Counted from the stretch's first letter, positions 19,642 to 30,874 are shown. The stretch is 64,000 bases of DNA from Candidatus Omnitrophota bacterium (GCA_029570205.1 JAKQSI010000070.1:53254-117253), one strand, 5' to 3'. The notes: a model not told the origin generated them from the letters alone. Numbers and translations: made by a program.

Positions 19642-20682
19642 ATGAAAACAAAATGGGGCGTTTTGGGGGCGGGCGGTATTGCACGTCGAAGAACAATCCC
19701 CGAAGGGATCCTGCGTGCATCGAACGCCGAGCTCGTAGCGGTGTATGACATCAACCCGGCGGCAAACCGGGCCGTGGCAAAAGAATTCGGCGCAACAGCC
19801 TGTGCCGGCGAAGAGGAATTGCTCAAAAGCGATTGCGATATTGTCTATGTTGCAACACCCGCCGATCAACATTATGCGCAGGTCGAACGCGCTGCGAAAG
19901 CGGGCAAACATATCCTCTGCGAAAAGCCCCTGGGAATGACCGTCGAGGAAGCCGAACAGATGGTTCTCCTGTGTCGTGATTGCGGCGTCAAACTGGGCGT
20001 CGGCTTCATGATGCGCTTTCATGCTTACCACCAAGCCGCGCTGAAGATGATCCGGGAGGGAGAACTGGGAACGCCGGTTCTGGGTCGCGCTCAACTTTCG
20101 TGCTGGTATCCACCGATTGAGGGAGCCTGGCGTCAGGACCCGGCGAAAGGTGGCGGCGGAAGCCTCATGGACATGGGCGGCCATTGCATTGACCTGCTGG
20201 AAATGTTCCTTGGACCCGCACGAAAAGTATCCTGCCTTACCGACAATCTGGTCCATGGATACGCAAGTGAGGATACGGCGGTCGTTCTGCTTGAGTTCGA
20301 ATCCGGCGCGAAAGGAATCGTCGATAACCTGTTCAATGTGCCCGATGCCGCTTCCCGCAATCGCCTTGAACTGTATGGCTCTCGCGGAAGCATTCTCGCT
20401 GAGGGAACCATCGGCCAGGGCGAGGCGGGCGATATGGTCGCTTACATCGAAGGGGAAGACAAAGGCTATGAGGCCCAACAGGAACGCGCGCAAAGCGGCG
20501 CGCAGCGCATCGCTCCGCCTCCGGTCAACATGTACCGGGCCGAGGTCGAGGCATTTGCGCAGGCTGTCCTGGACAATACCGATCCACCCGTGGACGGCGA
20601 AATCGGCCTATGGAGCCAGCGCGTCCTGTTTGCTTGCTACCGGTCTGCCGGAACAGGAAAGACTATCTCTCTCGGCGGATAG
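19642..20682 (+). CDS. Gfo/Idh/MocA family NAD(P)-dependent oxidoreductase (cytoplasmic)
   Basis: VLGAGGIARR Rossmann motif, CEKP motif; the large antisense ORF 19519-20493 is an artefact. Confidence 0.85.
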   Translation: MKTKWGVLGAGGIARRRTIPEGILRASNAELVAVYDINPAANRAVAKEFGATACAGEEELLKSDCDIVYVATPADQHYAQVERAAKAGKHILCEKPLGMTVEEAEQMVLLCRDCGVKLGVGFMMRFHAYHQAALKMIREGELGTPVLGRAQLSCWYPPIEGAWRQDPAKGGGGSLMDMGGHCIDLLEMFLGPARKVSCLTDNLVHGYASEDTAVVLLEFESGAKGIVDNLFNVPDAASRNRLELYGSRGSILAEGTIGQGEAGDMVAYIEGEDKGYEAQQERAQSGAQRIAPPPVNMYRAEVEAFAQAVLDNTDPPVDGEIGLWSQRVLFACYRSAGTGKTISLGG

Positions 20683-20974
20683 AGCCATTTAGCGAAACGG
20701 GCAGAGTCACCCCATGCACAACACTCCGCTCAGGTATTGCCCCGCCTGCCGCTTTGAAACTGACCCACCTTTTGATGAAGATTTGGGGATCCCAACCGGG
20801 GACGCTCGGAGGAAAGGATGCGGCGGAGATGAACCAAGTTCACGTGATACCGCATAAGGCGCTGAATCAGGGAGCGAGCATTTCTCAGGGACATTCCTTT
20901 ACCCGAGGTAAGCCCGGGGGAGCATACGTCGCCCGTCCGCGATATGGCCACGGTTCAGGATGTGATTGAAGAGG

Positions 20975-21982
20975 TTACAGGGGACAATATCCGCGCGCGG
21001 CTTTTACAGTATTTTCAGAAAGAATCGCCGCCGCCAGCAGTTCGATAAAAGCCGGATTGTCGTTAAGACAGGGGAGATAACAGACATTCGAAATGCGGAA
21101 TCGCGAGAACAGTCGTCTTGCGAAGAGTAACGTCTCTTCATTATCCGCGAAAAAACCGAACGGGAAGTAGATGAAATCCTTTATGCCTTTCTCCCGCATT
21201 TCGCGTACCGCTGTCTCCAGGGAGGGTGAAGTCCACTCACCGCCACGGCGGTGATTCAGCCAGCCGATGGAACTGCAATCGAAATGGGGGTGCAGTCTCG
21301 CAAGCAGTAGTTTCCCCAACGCATTCATGTCCGCAAATCCGCTATCTCGAATTCCCGGCGCCGGTGAGACCACCGTTCCATGTGCGCCCAGCAGCAAGCC
21401 CCGCCCTGTCGTACCGGTGAGATCCCAACCACGCCGTGTCATTGAACCTGTTACATATTCCACCATGACATCCGCGAGTTTGTCTATGTAAAGAATCGGA
21501 TCAATCCGTTTCACACAGTCGGGTACTCCCCCGCATTTCTCACGAAATGTCTCAAGGTCTTCGTCGCAAAGGCCGGAGGTGAAATCGGAATGCGGAACAT
21601 ACATGGGAACGACTATAACTCGATCCGCACCGGCCCCGAGAACGATGTGCAGCATCTCCGGAAGGGACAACGCAATGAATTGCCGCGCAACATGAACATG
21701 CCATTCCACCGAGGGGCATTTCTCCTTCAGGGATAACTGAAGAGATTTTCCCTGCCTTATGGTGATTTCATTTAAAGCCGATCGGTAGCCGTGCCTGCGC
21801 CACGACAGATATCGCGTAACAGCGCGCCATGCGGCAATCAGCGGAACAACGCGATCCGGAATCGGCGCGACTTTCCGGGTGATTCGCTTCAGAATTCTTT
21901 TGGAATAGTCATAGTGGACTCCAAGGGAGTTCTCCTCCGGCTCGCCATAGGTAACCAATATGACCGCGACTTGTCCGGACAT
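20975..21982 (-). CDS. hemH: Ferrochelatase (class II chelatase family)
   Basis: VILVTYGEP N-terminal motif and FPFGFFADNEETL C-terminal motif match the HemH family; last gene of the hemE-hemN-hemY-hemH array. Confidence 0.75.
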   Translation of the reverse strand: MSGQVAVILVTYGEPEENSLGVHYDYSKRILKRITRKVAPIPDRVVPLIAAWRAVTRYLSWRRHGYRSALNEITIRQGKSLQLSLKEKCPSVEWHVHVARQFIALSLPEMLHIVLGAGADRVIVVPMYVPHSDFTSGLCDEDLETFREKCGGVPDCVKRIDPILYIDKLADVMVEYVTGSMTRRGWDLTGTTGRGLLLGAHGTVVSPAPGIRDSGFADMNALGKLLLARLHPHFDCSSIGWLNHRRGGEWTSPSLETAVREMREKGIKDFIYFPFGFFADNEETLLFARRLFSRFRISNVCYLPCLNDNPAFIELLAAAILSENTVKAARGYCPL

Positions 21983-21985
21983 GAT

Positions 21986-23368
21986 TCAACTCAGATAGGA
22001 TAGTACCTTCAGGGCGGTTTTTTTGCCGTTGCGGATACAGTCGTTCACCGATACGCCATCAATATAATTTCCGGTAAGGAACAACCCCGGAATCTGCGCG
22101 CAAGCGTCAAACAGATTCCGCGTATTGTTGACATGGCCCAGGGGATACTGTGGGATGGCGCGGGGGTAACGAAATATCTTCTCTGATGTAAATGGGGCTT
22201 GCGCGCCGACTATCGTATGCAGGTCGGCTATCACCTGCGCGCGAAGATCGGTATCGGAAAGATCATACGCTCCGGGATCAAGGCCGCCGCCGACATAAAT
22301 AATAAAACAGTGGTAGTCAACCGGCGCGCGATGACTGAAAATACTCGAACTCCAGATTGTGCCCAATATCCGCGGGCCTTGCTTACGCGGAACCAGGTAG
22401 CCGAATCCGTCACAGGGGTGTTGGACCCGGCTCTTCGGAGTCCCCAGGCCGTAAACGGATAATCGGTTATAGGGCAGCGCCTCCAGAGCGCCACAGACTT
22501 GTGGGAGATATGGGCGAAGCAATTCGGGCAATGCGTAGCCGGGGACCGCAAGGACTAAAGCGTCGAATCGAGCGGGGATTTCCCCGGATTCCGCCGTCCG
22601 AACTCCGAATACTTTGTCGCCGAAAAAGAATTCCTTTACGGTTGCACCAAAATGGAGGCGATTGGGAAAGCGTTCGGTGATTTTCTCAGGCAGGGATCCC
22701 AGTCCGTCACGGAAGGAGCAGAGATTTCTGGAGCGTTGCTTTTCGCTCTGTTGCGAAGGACCTTTCTTCTTGTTCCCGCCCACAATCCTGCGAACACCGC
22801 CGACCAGGATACTGCCGTACTGACGTTCGAGGTCGTACAGCGCTGGAAAAATTGCCTGCAAACTGAGCTGTTCGGGGTCTCCCGCATACACGCCGGAGAC
22901 AAACGGCGTGACAACATGATCCAATAATTCCTCGCCGAATCGGCGTCGAATAAATGCAGCAATGCTCTCATCCTCCGGCGAGCGATTGCCTTGAATGAAC
23001 GGCTCTTTCAGGATACGCCATTTAGCGGATTGAGAAAGAATGCTCGTACTAATCAACCCGATGGGACCTGTCGGGACCTCATGGAGACGCCCGTTCAGAA
23101 ATATGTAACGGGACTTTGTGCGAAGCGGCTGTTTTTCGAGTTCCCCGGTTATCCCAAGCGAGTCACATAATTCAAGGGTCGCCGGGGTATTGTCCAATAA
23201 AGAGTTCGGCCCGGCTTCAAACAGAAATTCGTTTTCACGGACGCTGTGAATCGAGCCTCCAACGCGGTCGGATTGTTCGAATATCGTCACATCATGCCCG
23301 GCCTGTGCGATCCAGTGGGCCGCGCCAAGTCCTGAAATACCGGCTCCAATGACAGCGATGCGTTTCAT
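21986..23368 (-). CDS. hemY: Protoporphyrinogen/coproporphyrinogen oxidase, HemY/PgoX-type FAD amine oxidase
   Basis: [18 protein letters not shown] dinucleotide-binding start; start ATG overlaps the hemN stop (ATGA). The ORF-track N-terminal 91 aa are read-through of hemN sequence. Confidence 0.8.
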   Translation of the reverse strand: MKRIAVIGAGISGLGAAHWIAQAGHDVTIFEQSDRVGGSIHSVRENEFLFEAGPNSLLDNTPATLELCDSLGITGELEKQPLRTKSRYIFLNGRLHEVPTGPIGLISTSILSQSAKWRILKEPFIQGNRSPEDESIAAFIRRRFGEELLDHVVTPFVSGVYAGDPEQLSLQAIFPALYDLERQYGSILVGGVRRIVGGNKKKGPSQQSEKQRSRNLCSFRDGLGSLPEKITERFPNRLHFGATVKEFFFGDKVFGVRTAESGEIPARFDALVLAVPGYALPELLRPYLPQVCGALEALPYNRLSVYGLGTPKSRVQHPCDGFGYLVPRKQGPRILGTIWSSSIFSHRAPVDYHCFIIYVGGGLDPGAYDLSDTDLRAQVIADLHTIVGAQAPFTSEKIFRYPRAIPQYPLGHVNNTRNLFDACAQIPGLFLTGNYIDGVSVNDCIRNGKKTALKVLSYLS

Positions 23369-24774
23369 AGTGTTTGCGAGTACGTGGGCCTTTCTTTTCT
23401 TTCGGGGCGTGTCCGGGTCAAGTATGTGTCGAATGTCATGGCGATCGGACGGACAAGAATCTGACCCAGCGCGGTTACTCGAATGTCGTTCCCGTAATCG
23501 CGCTCCAGCAGTCCATCTTGAATATAGGGAGCGAGAAGGGGAATTTCCTTGTGAAAATAAGTCAGGAAGTCCTGATTCCAGGTTTGGCGGAATCGCGTAA
23601 AATCGACATGCAGATTGCACATCAGTTCCATGATAACCCAACGACGGATGCGATCATCGATTGTAAGTTCGATTCCGCGCTCAACGGGAAGAATCCGCTC
23701 GTTTAATCGTTGTTCGTATTGTTTCAGATTCTTTGTATTTTGCACATAGAGGGCGGGAAGGCTGCTGATGGCGGAAACGCCGAACGCATAGAGGTCCGTA
23801 CCGGCTCGTGTAGTGAATCCCATAAAATTGCGCTGCAAGGTTCCCTGACGCTGAGCCGTCGCGAGCTCGTCGTTTTCTTTTGAAAAATGATCCAGGCCGA
23901 TATAGACATAGCCATTCTGCGTAAATCGTTCGATCGCGGAACGAAGGATCGCGAAGCGTTCCTCGCTGGACGGAAGAGTACCGGGATCGATCCGCCGCTG
24001 ATAGGGCATTGTGGAGGGCAGATAACCGTAGGTGTAACACGCAATGCGATCCGGCGCAATGCGGATGATCTCGGAAAGTGTGGGGTCAAATGACTGTGCG
24101 GTCTGGTGAGGCAGGCCGCAAACAAGGTCGATATTGATGCTGTCGAAGCCGATTTGTCGGCAGAGACGGACAAAGTCGGCTGTCTGCTCCACAGTCTGGA
24201 TGCGTCCGATGGCTTCCTGTACCTGTAGCGAGAAATCCTGGACGCCGAAGGAAATTCGGTTGAAACCGAATTCGCGCAGGACGTGGAGATGTTCCTCCGT
24301 AGTAACTCTTACATCTACCTCAATGGATCGTTCGGCATCGGGCGCAATGGAAAATCGTTTTCCAATGTCAACAAATAATTTCTGTAGCTGTGACGGTGTC
24401 AAATGTGTGGGAGTCCCGCCGCCGAGATGTAACTGAATGACCGTGCGGTCGGGACGGAAGAGGGGGGCAATCAAATCCATTTCCATGGCGAGGAGATCGA
24501 CATAGCGTCCCGTTACTTCGTGCCTCGGTGTGACAATAACATTGCAGCCGCAGTAGTAGCAGCGTTTCGGACAGAATGGGAGATGAAAGTACAGGGAAAG
24601 AGGAGCCGGGGACCGGACGCGGTTCGTTTCGGCTATCTGTCGCCGATAGATCTCCGGGCCGACGGATTCGGTCCATTCGGGAGCCGTGGGATAGCTGGTA
24701 TATCGTGGCCCGCGCAATGTGTATTTGCGGATGAGATCGGTATGGACATCGGAGAATGTAACAGGATCAGCCAT
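23365..24774 (-). CDS. hemN: Oxygen-independent coproporphyrinogen III oxidase (radical SAM)
   Basis: [10 protein letters not shown] radical-SAM cysteine motif, HLGGGTPT; start MADPVTF, overlapping the hemE 3' end by 8 nt. Confidence 0.85.
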   Translation of the reverse strand: MADPVTFSDVHTDLIRKYTLRGPRYTSYPTAPEWTESVGPEIYRRQIAETNRVRSPAPLSLYFHLPFCPKRCYYCGCNVIVTPRHEVTGRYVDLLAMEMDLIAPLFRPDRTVIQLHLGGGTPTHLTPSQLQKLFVDIGKRFSIAPDAERSIEVDVRVTTEEHLHVLREFGFNRISFGVQDFSLQVQEAIGRIQTVEQTADFVRLCRQIGFDSINIDLVCGLPHQTAQSFDPTLSEIIRIAPDRIACYTYGYLPSTMPYQRRIDPGTLPSSEERFAILRSAIERFTQNGYVYIGLDHFSKENDELATAQRQGTLQRNFMGFTTRAGTDLYAFGVSAISSLPALYVQNTKNLKQYEQRLNERILPVERGIELTIDDRIRRWVIMELMCNLHVDFTRFRQTWNQDFLTYFHKEIPLLAPYIQDGLLERDYGNDIRVTALGQILVRPIAMTFDTYLTRTRPERKERPTYSQTL

Positions 24775-25807
24775 ATCTGTAGTTTCGAACCGTTTCGACA
24801 AATGCGTGGACACTCTCAACGCGGGTGTTCGGGAGAATCCCGTGTCCCAGGTTCGCGATGTGGCCGGTGCATCGGCTAAACTCGACAATCATCCTTCGGG
24901 TAAGATCGGCTACCGTTTCCGGGGGCGCAAACAGAGCGCAGGGATCAAGATTGCCCTGTACGGCACACCGGCCGCGCAGGGCGTCGTACGCATCGCGAAG
25001 GTTCGTGCGCCAATCCACGCTCAGAACGTCAATGTGGGACTCGGCTATAACCGGAAGGTACGGGGCGCAGCCGTTTACATACAGGATGACCGGTCGGCCT
25101 TCTTTCCGAACAGCCTCCGCGATAAGTTTCTGATAAGGCAGGGCGAATTCGCGGTAGTCGGAGAAGGTCAATATCCCGGCCCAGGTATCAAACACCTGAA
25201 CGATATCCGCACCCGCGTCGATTTGAATCCGGATATAACCGAGGACGGTTTCCGTGATGATTTCCAGGACGCGTTTGAGCAGATTCGGGTTTTGAAAGCG
25301 GAGGTCCTTAATCCGGATAAAGTTCTTGCTCATGCTTCCTTCCACCGCGTAGGCAGCCATGGTGAAGGGCGCGCCGATGAAACCCAGGATGGGAACATCG
25401 GGACCGGCCTGCGCCCGGATTCGCCGGATGGTGTCAAATACGGGCGGGGCCTCGTCGAATGTGGCCTTGTGGATGTCGGCGAGAATCTCCTCGGAGCGTA
25501 ACGGCGGTTGGACCTCGGGTCCGGTCTCGGTAAACAGCACGGAGAATCCCATGTTTTCCAGCGGGATCAGAATATCATTGAACACGATGATCCCGTCCAC
25601 ATCGAAAATCCTGCAAGGTTGAAGGGAGACCTCTGCGGCGAGATCCGGTGTTCTGCAGAGGTCGCTGAATGAATGATGCTGTTTGATCGCCCGGTACTCC
25701 GGAAGATACCGTCCGGCCTGGCGCATGAGCCATACAGGGGGACGGTCTACCGGCTCTCGGCGAATCGCCCGCAGAAAACGTTCTCGTTTGGTCAGGGATG
25801 TCAGCAC
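24767..25807 (-). CDS. hemE: Uroporphyrinogen decarboxylase
   Basis: RFLRAIRREPVDRPPVWLMRQAGRYLPEY N-terminal signature. Probable GTG start at 25805-25807 gives an E. coli-like N-terminus; the ORF-track start at 25903 is also GTG. Start uncertain. Confidence 0.85.
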   Translation of the reverse strand: MLTSLTKRERFLRAIRREPVDRPPVWLMRQAGRYLPEYRAIKQHHSFSDLCRTPDLAAEVSLQPCRIFDVDGIIVFNDILIPLENMGFSVLFTETGPEVQPPLRSEEILADIHKATFDEAPPVFDTIRRIRAQAGPDVPILGFIGAPFTMAAYAVEGSMSKNFIRIKDLRFQNPNLLKRVLEIITETVLGYIRIQIDAGADIVQVFDTWAGILTFSDYREFALPYQKLIAEAVRKEGRPVILYVNGCAPYLPVIAESHIDVLSVDWRTNLRDAYDALRGRCAVQGNLDPCALFAPPETVADLTRRMIVEFSRCTGHIANLGHGILPNTRVESVHAFVETVRNYRYG

Positions 25808-26309
25808 AGGAACGACTCTCTTGTTCTCCCTCTCCAGTCGGCAGAGAGGATCGGGGTGATGGGGGATGGACCCTCCGAATTCACATTTCCAGCCTATTGA
25901 CACAGGTTACCATTTTCGCGGCCTTTTCAACAGATTTCCGCAATCCGGGGGCGACGGAAGAAATGTCCCGCCCTCCCCTGGCGAAATGCACGGGAGGCTA
26001 CCGGGGTTCCGAGACGCGGCAGAATACGACGAAGCGCGGCGCCGGGCGCTGAAAGTTACTCCGTGGAGTGATCGAAGCCGCATGGACAACAACGAGAAAA
26101 ACCGGTGGACCGATTCGCCGGTATATCGCGACCACGACGTGGTTGGGGATTGCAAAGGACGTTTCTGGCAACCACACCGGGTTGCACTTACACGGGGATA
26201 TCTCCCTGGCCTGCTTCTACGGGACAGACCCACGTGCCTGCCTTCATCGCCTTCTCCCTCTCCTCCCGTTGCAGTCAGAGCAAGAAAAGGGGCCGGCGAT
26301 GCGAGGAAA

Positions 26310-27374
26310 TCAGGGGACCGGCTGCCCCTGACCGGCCTGAACGCGCTGACGCATGGCGTTGTGCTCCTCAAGGGTCCTCGAAAACTCCGTCTTTCCGTCG
26401 CCCGTCGCCATGAAGTATAAATAATCGGTTTTCGCGGGAGCCATCGCCGCGGACAGTGAGGCCCGACCGGGATTGCAGATCGGCCCCGGAGGCAACCCCT
26501 TATTCAGGAATGTGTTGTAAGGGTCTTCGATCAGTTTGTCTTCCGGCGTGAGAGGACGAGTCCAGTCACCGAGGATATAGTGAATGGTCGCGTCCGATTG
26601 AAGCGGCATTCCCTGTTTAAGCCGATTGCGAAACACGGACGCCACGAGGGGCCGATCCTCATCGCGTTTAGCCTCCCGTTCCACCAGGGAAGCCAACGTA
26701 ACCATGGCGGGAACGCTGCCATCCTCTTCCAGAAGCCACCACCGTTCCGTCTCCGGAACTTGTTCGAGCAGTTCGTTATATACCTGGTTGAACCGTCGCA
26801 TCAATCGGTCGCGGACCCGCTCCGGTTCGGCATTCTTTTCCATGAAATAGGTGTCGGGGAACAGAAATCCCTCGGAACCGGGAGCGGTAGCCCGCCTGCC
26901 GGATTTCAATCCGGTATCCTGGTAAACCTCACCGTAACCGGCTACCCGAAGGAAATCCGCTGCCTTGCAAATCTGGTTTTCTTCCAGGATCTGCGCGACC
27001 TGGTTGATGGTGATTCCTTCGGGCAATACAAAACGATGTAGATAAATATCCCCTCGGCCGATCATTTCCACGATCTCAAGCGGACTGGATGCGCCGCTGA
27101 TCCGGTATTCCCCGGCCTTGAGCGATCCCCCGAATCCCTGTAAATCGGCCATAATCAGAAAGAATGTCGTGTCTTTCAAAACCCCCTTGTCTTTGAGGAG
27201 ATCGGCAATCTGCTCGGCAGACATGCCTTTCTCGATGTCGATCAGGAATTCCTGCTCCGCCGTGCCCCAGGGGCGGTTCCACTCGCTCCAATAACTATAA
27301 ATGACTGTACCGACGATTCCGATCACGACAAGTCCGATCACTAAGCACAGGATCAAAATGGTCTTTCCGGACAT
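26310..27374 (-). CDS. mltG: Endolytic murein transglycosylase MltG (YceG-like)
   Basis: N-terminal TM anchor, YceG-family motifs; AAAGGGGG RBS. Confidence 0.85.
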   Translation of the reverse strand: MSGKTILILCLVIGLVVIGIVGTVIYSYWSEWNRPWGTAEQEFLIDIEKGMSAEQIADLLKDKGVLKDTTFFLIMADLQGFGGSLKAGEYRISGASSPLEIVEMIGRGDIYLHRFVLPEGITINQVAQILEENQICKAADFLRVAGYGEVYQDTGLKSGRRATAPGSEGFLFPDTYFMEKNAEPERVRDRLMRRFNQVYNELLEQVPETERWWLLEEDGSVPAMVTLASLVEREAKRDEDRPLVASVFRNRLKQGMPLQSDATIHYILGDWTRPLTPEDKLIEDPYNTFLNKGLPPGPICNPGRASLSAAMAPAKTDYLYFMATGDGKTEFSRTLEEHNAMRQRVQAGQGQPVP

Positions 27375-27544
27375 AACGACCCCCTTTTCCGTTGGGAATT
27401 GTCCTTTTGAGGAGAGCAGAACGATTCTCGCGGGGAGATGGTATCGGTCTGTCTCGCCTGCTCTCGATTTGTGGTCAAGATTCTACCATACATTATCCCC
27501 GTAGTGGAGCGAAATGGAACCGGATTCTCGATTCCTCCAGACAA

Positions 27545-29098
27545 TCATTCAAATCGATACACAGCATATCGGTCGCCGAAGGCCCGGTCCGTCTCGAACA
27601 GGAATCGGAATCCGCTGTCCGGTTCGTCCGGGCGGATGTGCAGATATAAATCGTCCCAGGTCGGATGGACAACCAGAAACCCGCTCCCTTTGTTGTGAAT
27701 CCAATCCCGGATATCTATTCCGCCGGTCTGACGAAGTCTCGACATGGCGGGATCGGTTAATCCCACCAGGTCTGCAACCGGCATCTCCGTGAAATATCCG
27801 AGGACGCCGACATCATGCGCCGCGACAATGTCGCCGGGTTTCGAGAGGCTGTTAAGCCGTTTCGCCAGCGGGATCAGGACGTTTCCGACGGATCGCACAC
27901 AGTCTGCATAAACCGTCCGGCTTCCGATGTAAGTCATAACGGACCCGAACAACAGGGAGATCATCAAGAGGGTCAGCGCGGCCCGGCGCATCCGGAGACT
28001 GTGCATTCCGAAACGGATCGAGTCGATTCCCCACGCAACAGCCAGAAAAATCCACGGAAGCAGAATGTGCTGATACCGAAAATCCAAATGCGCCGTCGAT
28101 GACGGCAGGCAGGCAATGTACGCACCATAATAAAGCAAGAAAAACGCTGTGAGCGACATAAAAAAACCTTGAGGAAGCCGTGCTTTCCGCACGGCACATT
28201 CCGGACCCCGACAGGCAGTGAACCGCAGAATCATCGCAACAAACGGAATCGCCAGGTACCATCGGAGGAAGTAAGCGAACAATGCCACCCCGTCAAAACC
28301 AACTTGCAGTTTCTCCCACACCGGCCACTGATATTCACCGTAAAACATCATCTTGACACGCCAGGAGGGGATTTCCTGTGACAGGAGGTCCCCCGCCAGG
28401 ATCCGGAGAGGCGCCAGTATCAACGCTGCCGGGATGAGAGAATCCTTCCAGCCAAAAGGCTCTTGCTTCTTCCATGAAAACAAAAGCGCCGGGAACAAAG
28501 CGACGACAAGCAAGACCCCCTCCGGGCGGCAGAAACAGAGAAGCCATGCTGTGAGAACAATCCACAGCTTGTTGCGCAGATCAGGGACCTGTATGGCAAT
28601 TCGGAGAAATGCCACCGAAAGAAAATGAAACAAGCTGGTTTCCAGACCGTTCAGGCTGTCCTCGACGAGAAATCCACAGGTTGCCGCAGCGGACACGGAG
28701 GCCACAGTGAACATCAGCCCGAAGCCCAAGTCCCTCAATAGAAAGAAAAGGAAAACAAGAAAAAGGCTGTGAAAAAGACACCCCAGGAAGCGTGCCGATG
28801 TCACCGGATCGGGAAGGACCTGCCGAACTGAGGCCAGCAGAAAGACATGCAGCGGGCTGGTTGCGCCCTGTGAGGGAGTCTCACCGTTGTATGTGAACAT
28901 GCCGGTGCGGAACAGGTTTCGGGCATATTGCTGGGCGATGTAGGAATCATCGAACGGGAGTTGCGGGTACGGCAGCGCCGTAGCATATCCCCACCAGGCC
29001 AGACAGAACAGCGCCAGGGGCGCCGCCGCCCAGAACAACGACGCGCGATTCTTCCCCTCTGCTGAGAAGGGTTCCTGTGCAGGATCTGCTGTCATCAT
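27545..29098 (-). CDS. Polytopic integral membrane protein, GT-C-fold glycosyltransferase-like (ArnT/PMT/arabinofuranosyltransferase-like)
   Basis: Many predicted TM helices; first periplasmic loop carries an LPFDDSYI DD motif; no SD sequence. Confidence 0.45.
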   Translation of the reverse strand: MMTADPAQEPFSAEGKNRASLFWAAAPLALFCLAWWGYATALPYPQLPFDDSYIAQQYARNLFRTGMFTYNGETPSQGATSPLHVFLLASVRQVLPDPVTSARFLGCLFHSLFLVFLFFLLRDLGFGLMFTVASVSAAATCGFLVEDSLNGLETSLFHFLSVAFLRIAIQVPDLRNKLWIVLTAWLLCFCRPEGVLLVVALFPALLFSWKKQEPFGWKDSLIPAALILAPLRILAGDLLSQEIPSWRVKMMFYGEYQWPVWEKLQVGFDGVALFAYFLRWYLAIPFVAMILRFTACRGPECAVRKARLPQGFFMSLTAFFLLYYGAYIACLPSSTAHLDFRYQHILLPWIFLAVAWGIDSIRFGMHSLRMRRAALTLLMISLLFGSVMTYIGSRTVYADCVRSVGNVLIPLAKRLNSLSKPGDIVAAHDVGVLGYFTEMPVADLVGLTDPAMSRLRQTGGIDIRDWIHNKGSGFLVVHPTWDDLYLHIRPDEPDSGFRFLFETDRAFGDRYAVYRFE

Positions 29099-29388
29099 GA
29101 TCGAAAGCAGTATGTCACAAAATCATAAGTCTCCTAAGAATGCTTGCCCTTCGACAGGCAGAAACGCCTGTCCCACCAGTAGGTCAGGCGTCTCTGCCTG
29201 ACAAAGAAAGGCTTTCTTCACCCCATCACCGGCCCTGCCGGAGCGAGGCTCGCGATGACGGGATGGGCACGGGGCTCGGTAGCCTCTGCTTTTCTTCAAT
29301 CCCCAATCCGCAGTTCTTTCGTGACTTTTCACACGGTAGAACGTAGACTTTTCTGTTCACCACCCATCCTCGTTCGGGGGGAAATCGA

Positions 29389-29988
29389 ATGGATATCAGC
29401 CTATTGGCCGGGCCGATCATTGGAGCGTTTATCGGCTGGGTGACCAACCGGATTGCGCTGTGGATGCTGTTTCATCCGTACCATGCGTGGGGACCTTCGT
29501 GGTTCTCATGGCAGGGGCTTATTCCAAGCCGGAAAAGCGATCTGGCACAGGCCATTGCACGCACTATAACCGAGAAGATTCTTACCAAAGAGGACCTGAA
29601 CGGCATGTTGAAAGACATCAACTTGCGAGCGTATCTGCGGGAGATCACGGATGCCATGGTGGAACGCCATTTGACCGGAACGATTCGGGGCTATTCGTTG
29701 ATCCCGGCGCCCGTGCGTGAGCGTCTGGTGGGGATAGTTCAGGAGCTTGTGGCAGAACGTCTGCCGGAGCGGATCGATGATCTTTCGCCGGGCCTTGCCG
29801 ATCGGCTGATCCATGACATGGCAATCGGCGAGCATTTGCGGAATCGGATTGCAAATTGGCCGGTGGAGGATGTTGAGCATGTGACCCGATCCGTCGCGGG
29901 GCGCGAAATGCGCGGCATTGAGATGGCCGGCGCGGTTCTGGGATTCCTGGTGGGGATTATTCAAACCGTGGCGCTTTTCTTTCAATGA
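29389..29988 (+). CDS. DUF445-family membrane protein (YheB-like)
   Basis: N-terminus LLAGPIIGAFIGWVTNRIALWMLFHP matches the DUF445 signature; 3' end overlaps rph convergently. Confidence 0.65.
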   Translation: MDISLLAGPIIGAFIGWVTNRIALWMLFHPYHAWGPSWFSWQGLIPSRKSDLAQAIARTITEKILTKEDLNGMLKDINLRAYLREITDAMVERHLTGTIRGYSLIPAPVRERLVGIVQELVAERLPERIDDLSPGLADRLIHDMAIGEHLRNRIANWPVEDVEHVTRSVAGREMRGIEMAGAVLGFLVGIIQTVALFFQ

Positions 29989-30706
29989 CTACCTCCGCAA
30001 GTGCGGCACGCTGAATCTCGAATAAACGCCGGATCCCCTGCTTCCCCAGTGCAAGAACCTGGTCGATCTGTCCCTGGTCGAAAGCCCCATGCTCGGCGGT
30101 TCCCTGGAACTCGACAAAGGAACCGTTTTCTTTCATGACAATATTGAAATCCGCCGCAGCAAGATGATCCTCACTGTAATCCAGGTCCAGCAGAAGCCCC
30201 TCCGGGGTCAGTCCGATGCTGATGGCAGCAACGAGTTCGCGCAACGGCATGACCTTCAGAACATCCTTTCGCTGCATGGTAAGAAAAGCATCGTGCAGGG
30301 CAATCACGCCGCCGGTGATCGCAGCGGTGTGTGTGCCGCCATCCGCCTGAATGACATCGCAATCCACGGTGACCGTGCGTTCCCCAAGCGCGGAGAGATC
30401 GGTTACGCTGCGCAGGGATCGACCGATCAGGCGCTGAATCTCCTTGCTGCGCCCGCCCTGAATATGATCGCGCGATACGCGGGACGGAGTGGAGTTCGGC
30501 ATCATGCAGTATTCGGCGGTAACCCAGCCTTTCCCTGAACCGGCAAGAAACAACGGGACCTCATCCGAAACCGAAGCGCTACACAAAACTCTGGTTCGCC
30601 CCATCTGGATGAGGCACGACCCCGCCGCAAAATCCAGGTAATTCCGTCGGATCGATACTTGCCGAAGTTCATCCCATTTCCGACCGCTCTCTCGCTGTGG
30701 CCTCAT
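29957..30706 (-). CDS. rph: Ribonuclease PH
   Basis: MRPQRESGRKWDELRQVSIRRNY start and exoribonuclease PH domain motifs; GGAGGA RBS. The ORF-track start at 30733 is 9 codons upstream. Confidence 0.9.
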   Translation of the reverse strand: MRPQRESGRKWDELRQVSIRRNYLDFAAGSCLIQMGRTRVLCSASVSDEVPLFLAGSGKGWVTAEYCMMPNSTPSRVSRDHIQGGRSKEIQRLIGRSLRSVTDLSALGERTVTVDCDVIQADGGTHTAAITGGVIALHDAFLTMQRKDVLKVMPLRELVAAISIGLTPEGLLLDLDYSEDHLAAADFNIVMKENGSFVEFQGTAEHGAFDQGQIDQVLALGKQGIRRLFEIQRAALAEVVIERKAPRFE

Positions 30707-30874
30707 GGCGCTCCTCCATGAATGAATCTGCAATGCCTTATCTTACATTGCCCCCTTGGCGCTAAAGAGTGTCGCATAGGGCGGCACGGACAATCTTGCC
30801 GGGAAATTCCCGCCATTTTGCTTGTGCTTTTAATGGAATGAAATAAACTGTTTCCGGTTAATGAAAGCACGATC

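Noticed and set aside
19519-20493. 324-aa minus-strand ORF
   Set aside because: Entirely antisense to a well-supported Gfo/Idh/MocA gene; typical high-GC antisense artefact with no recognisable domain.
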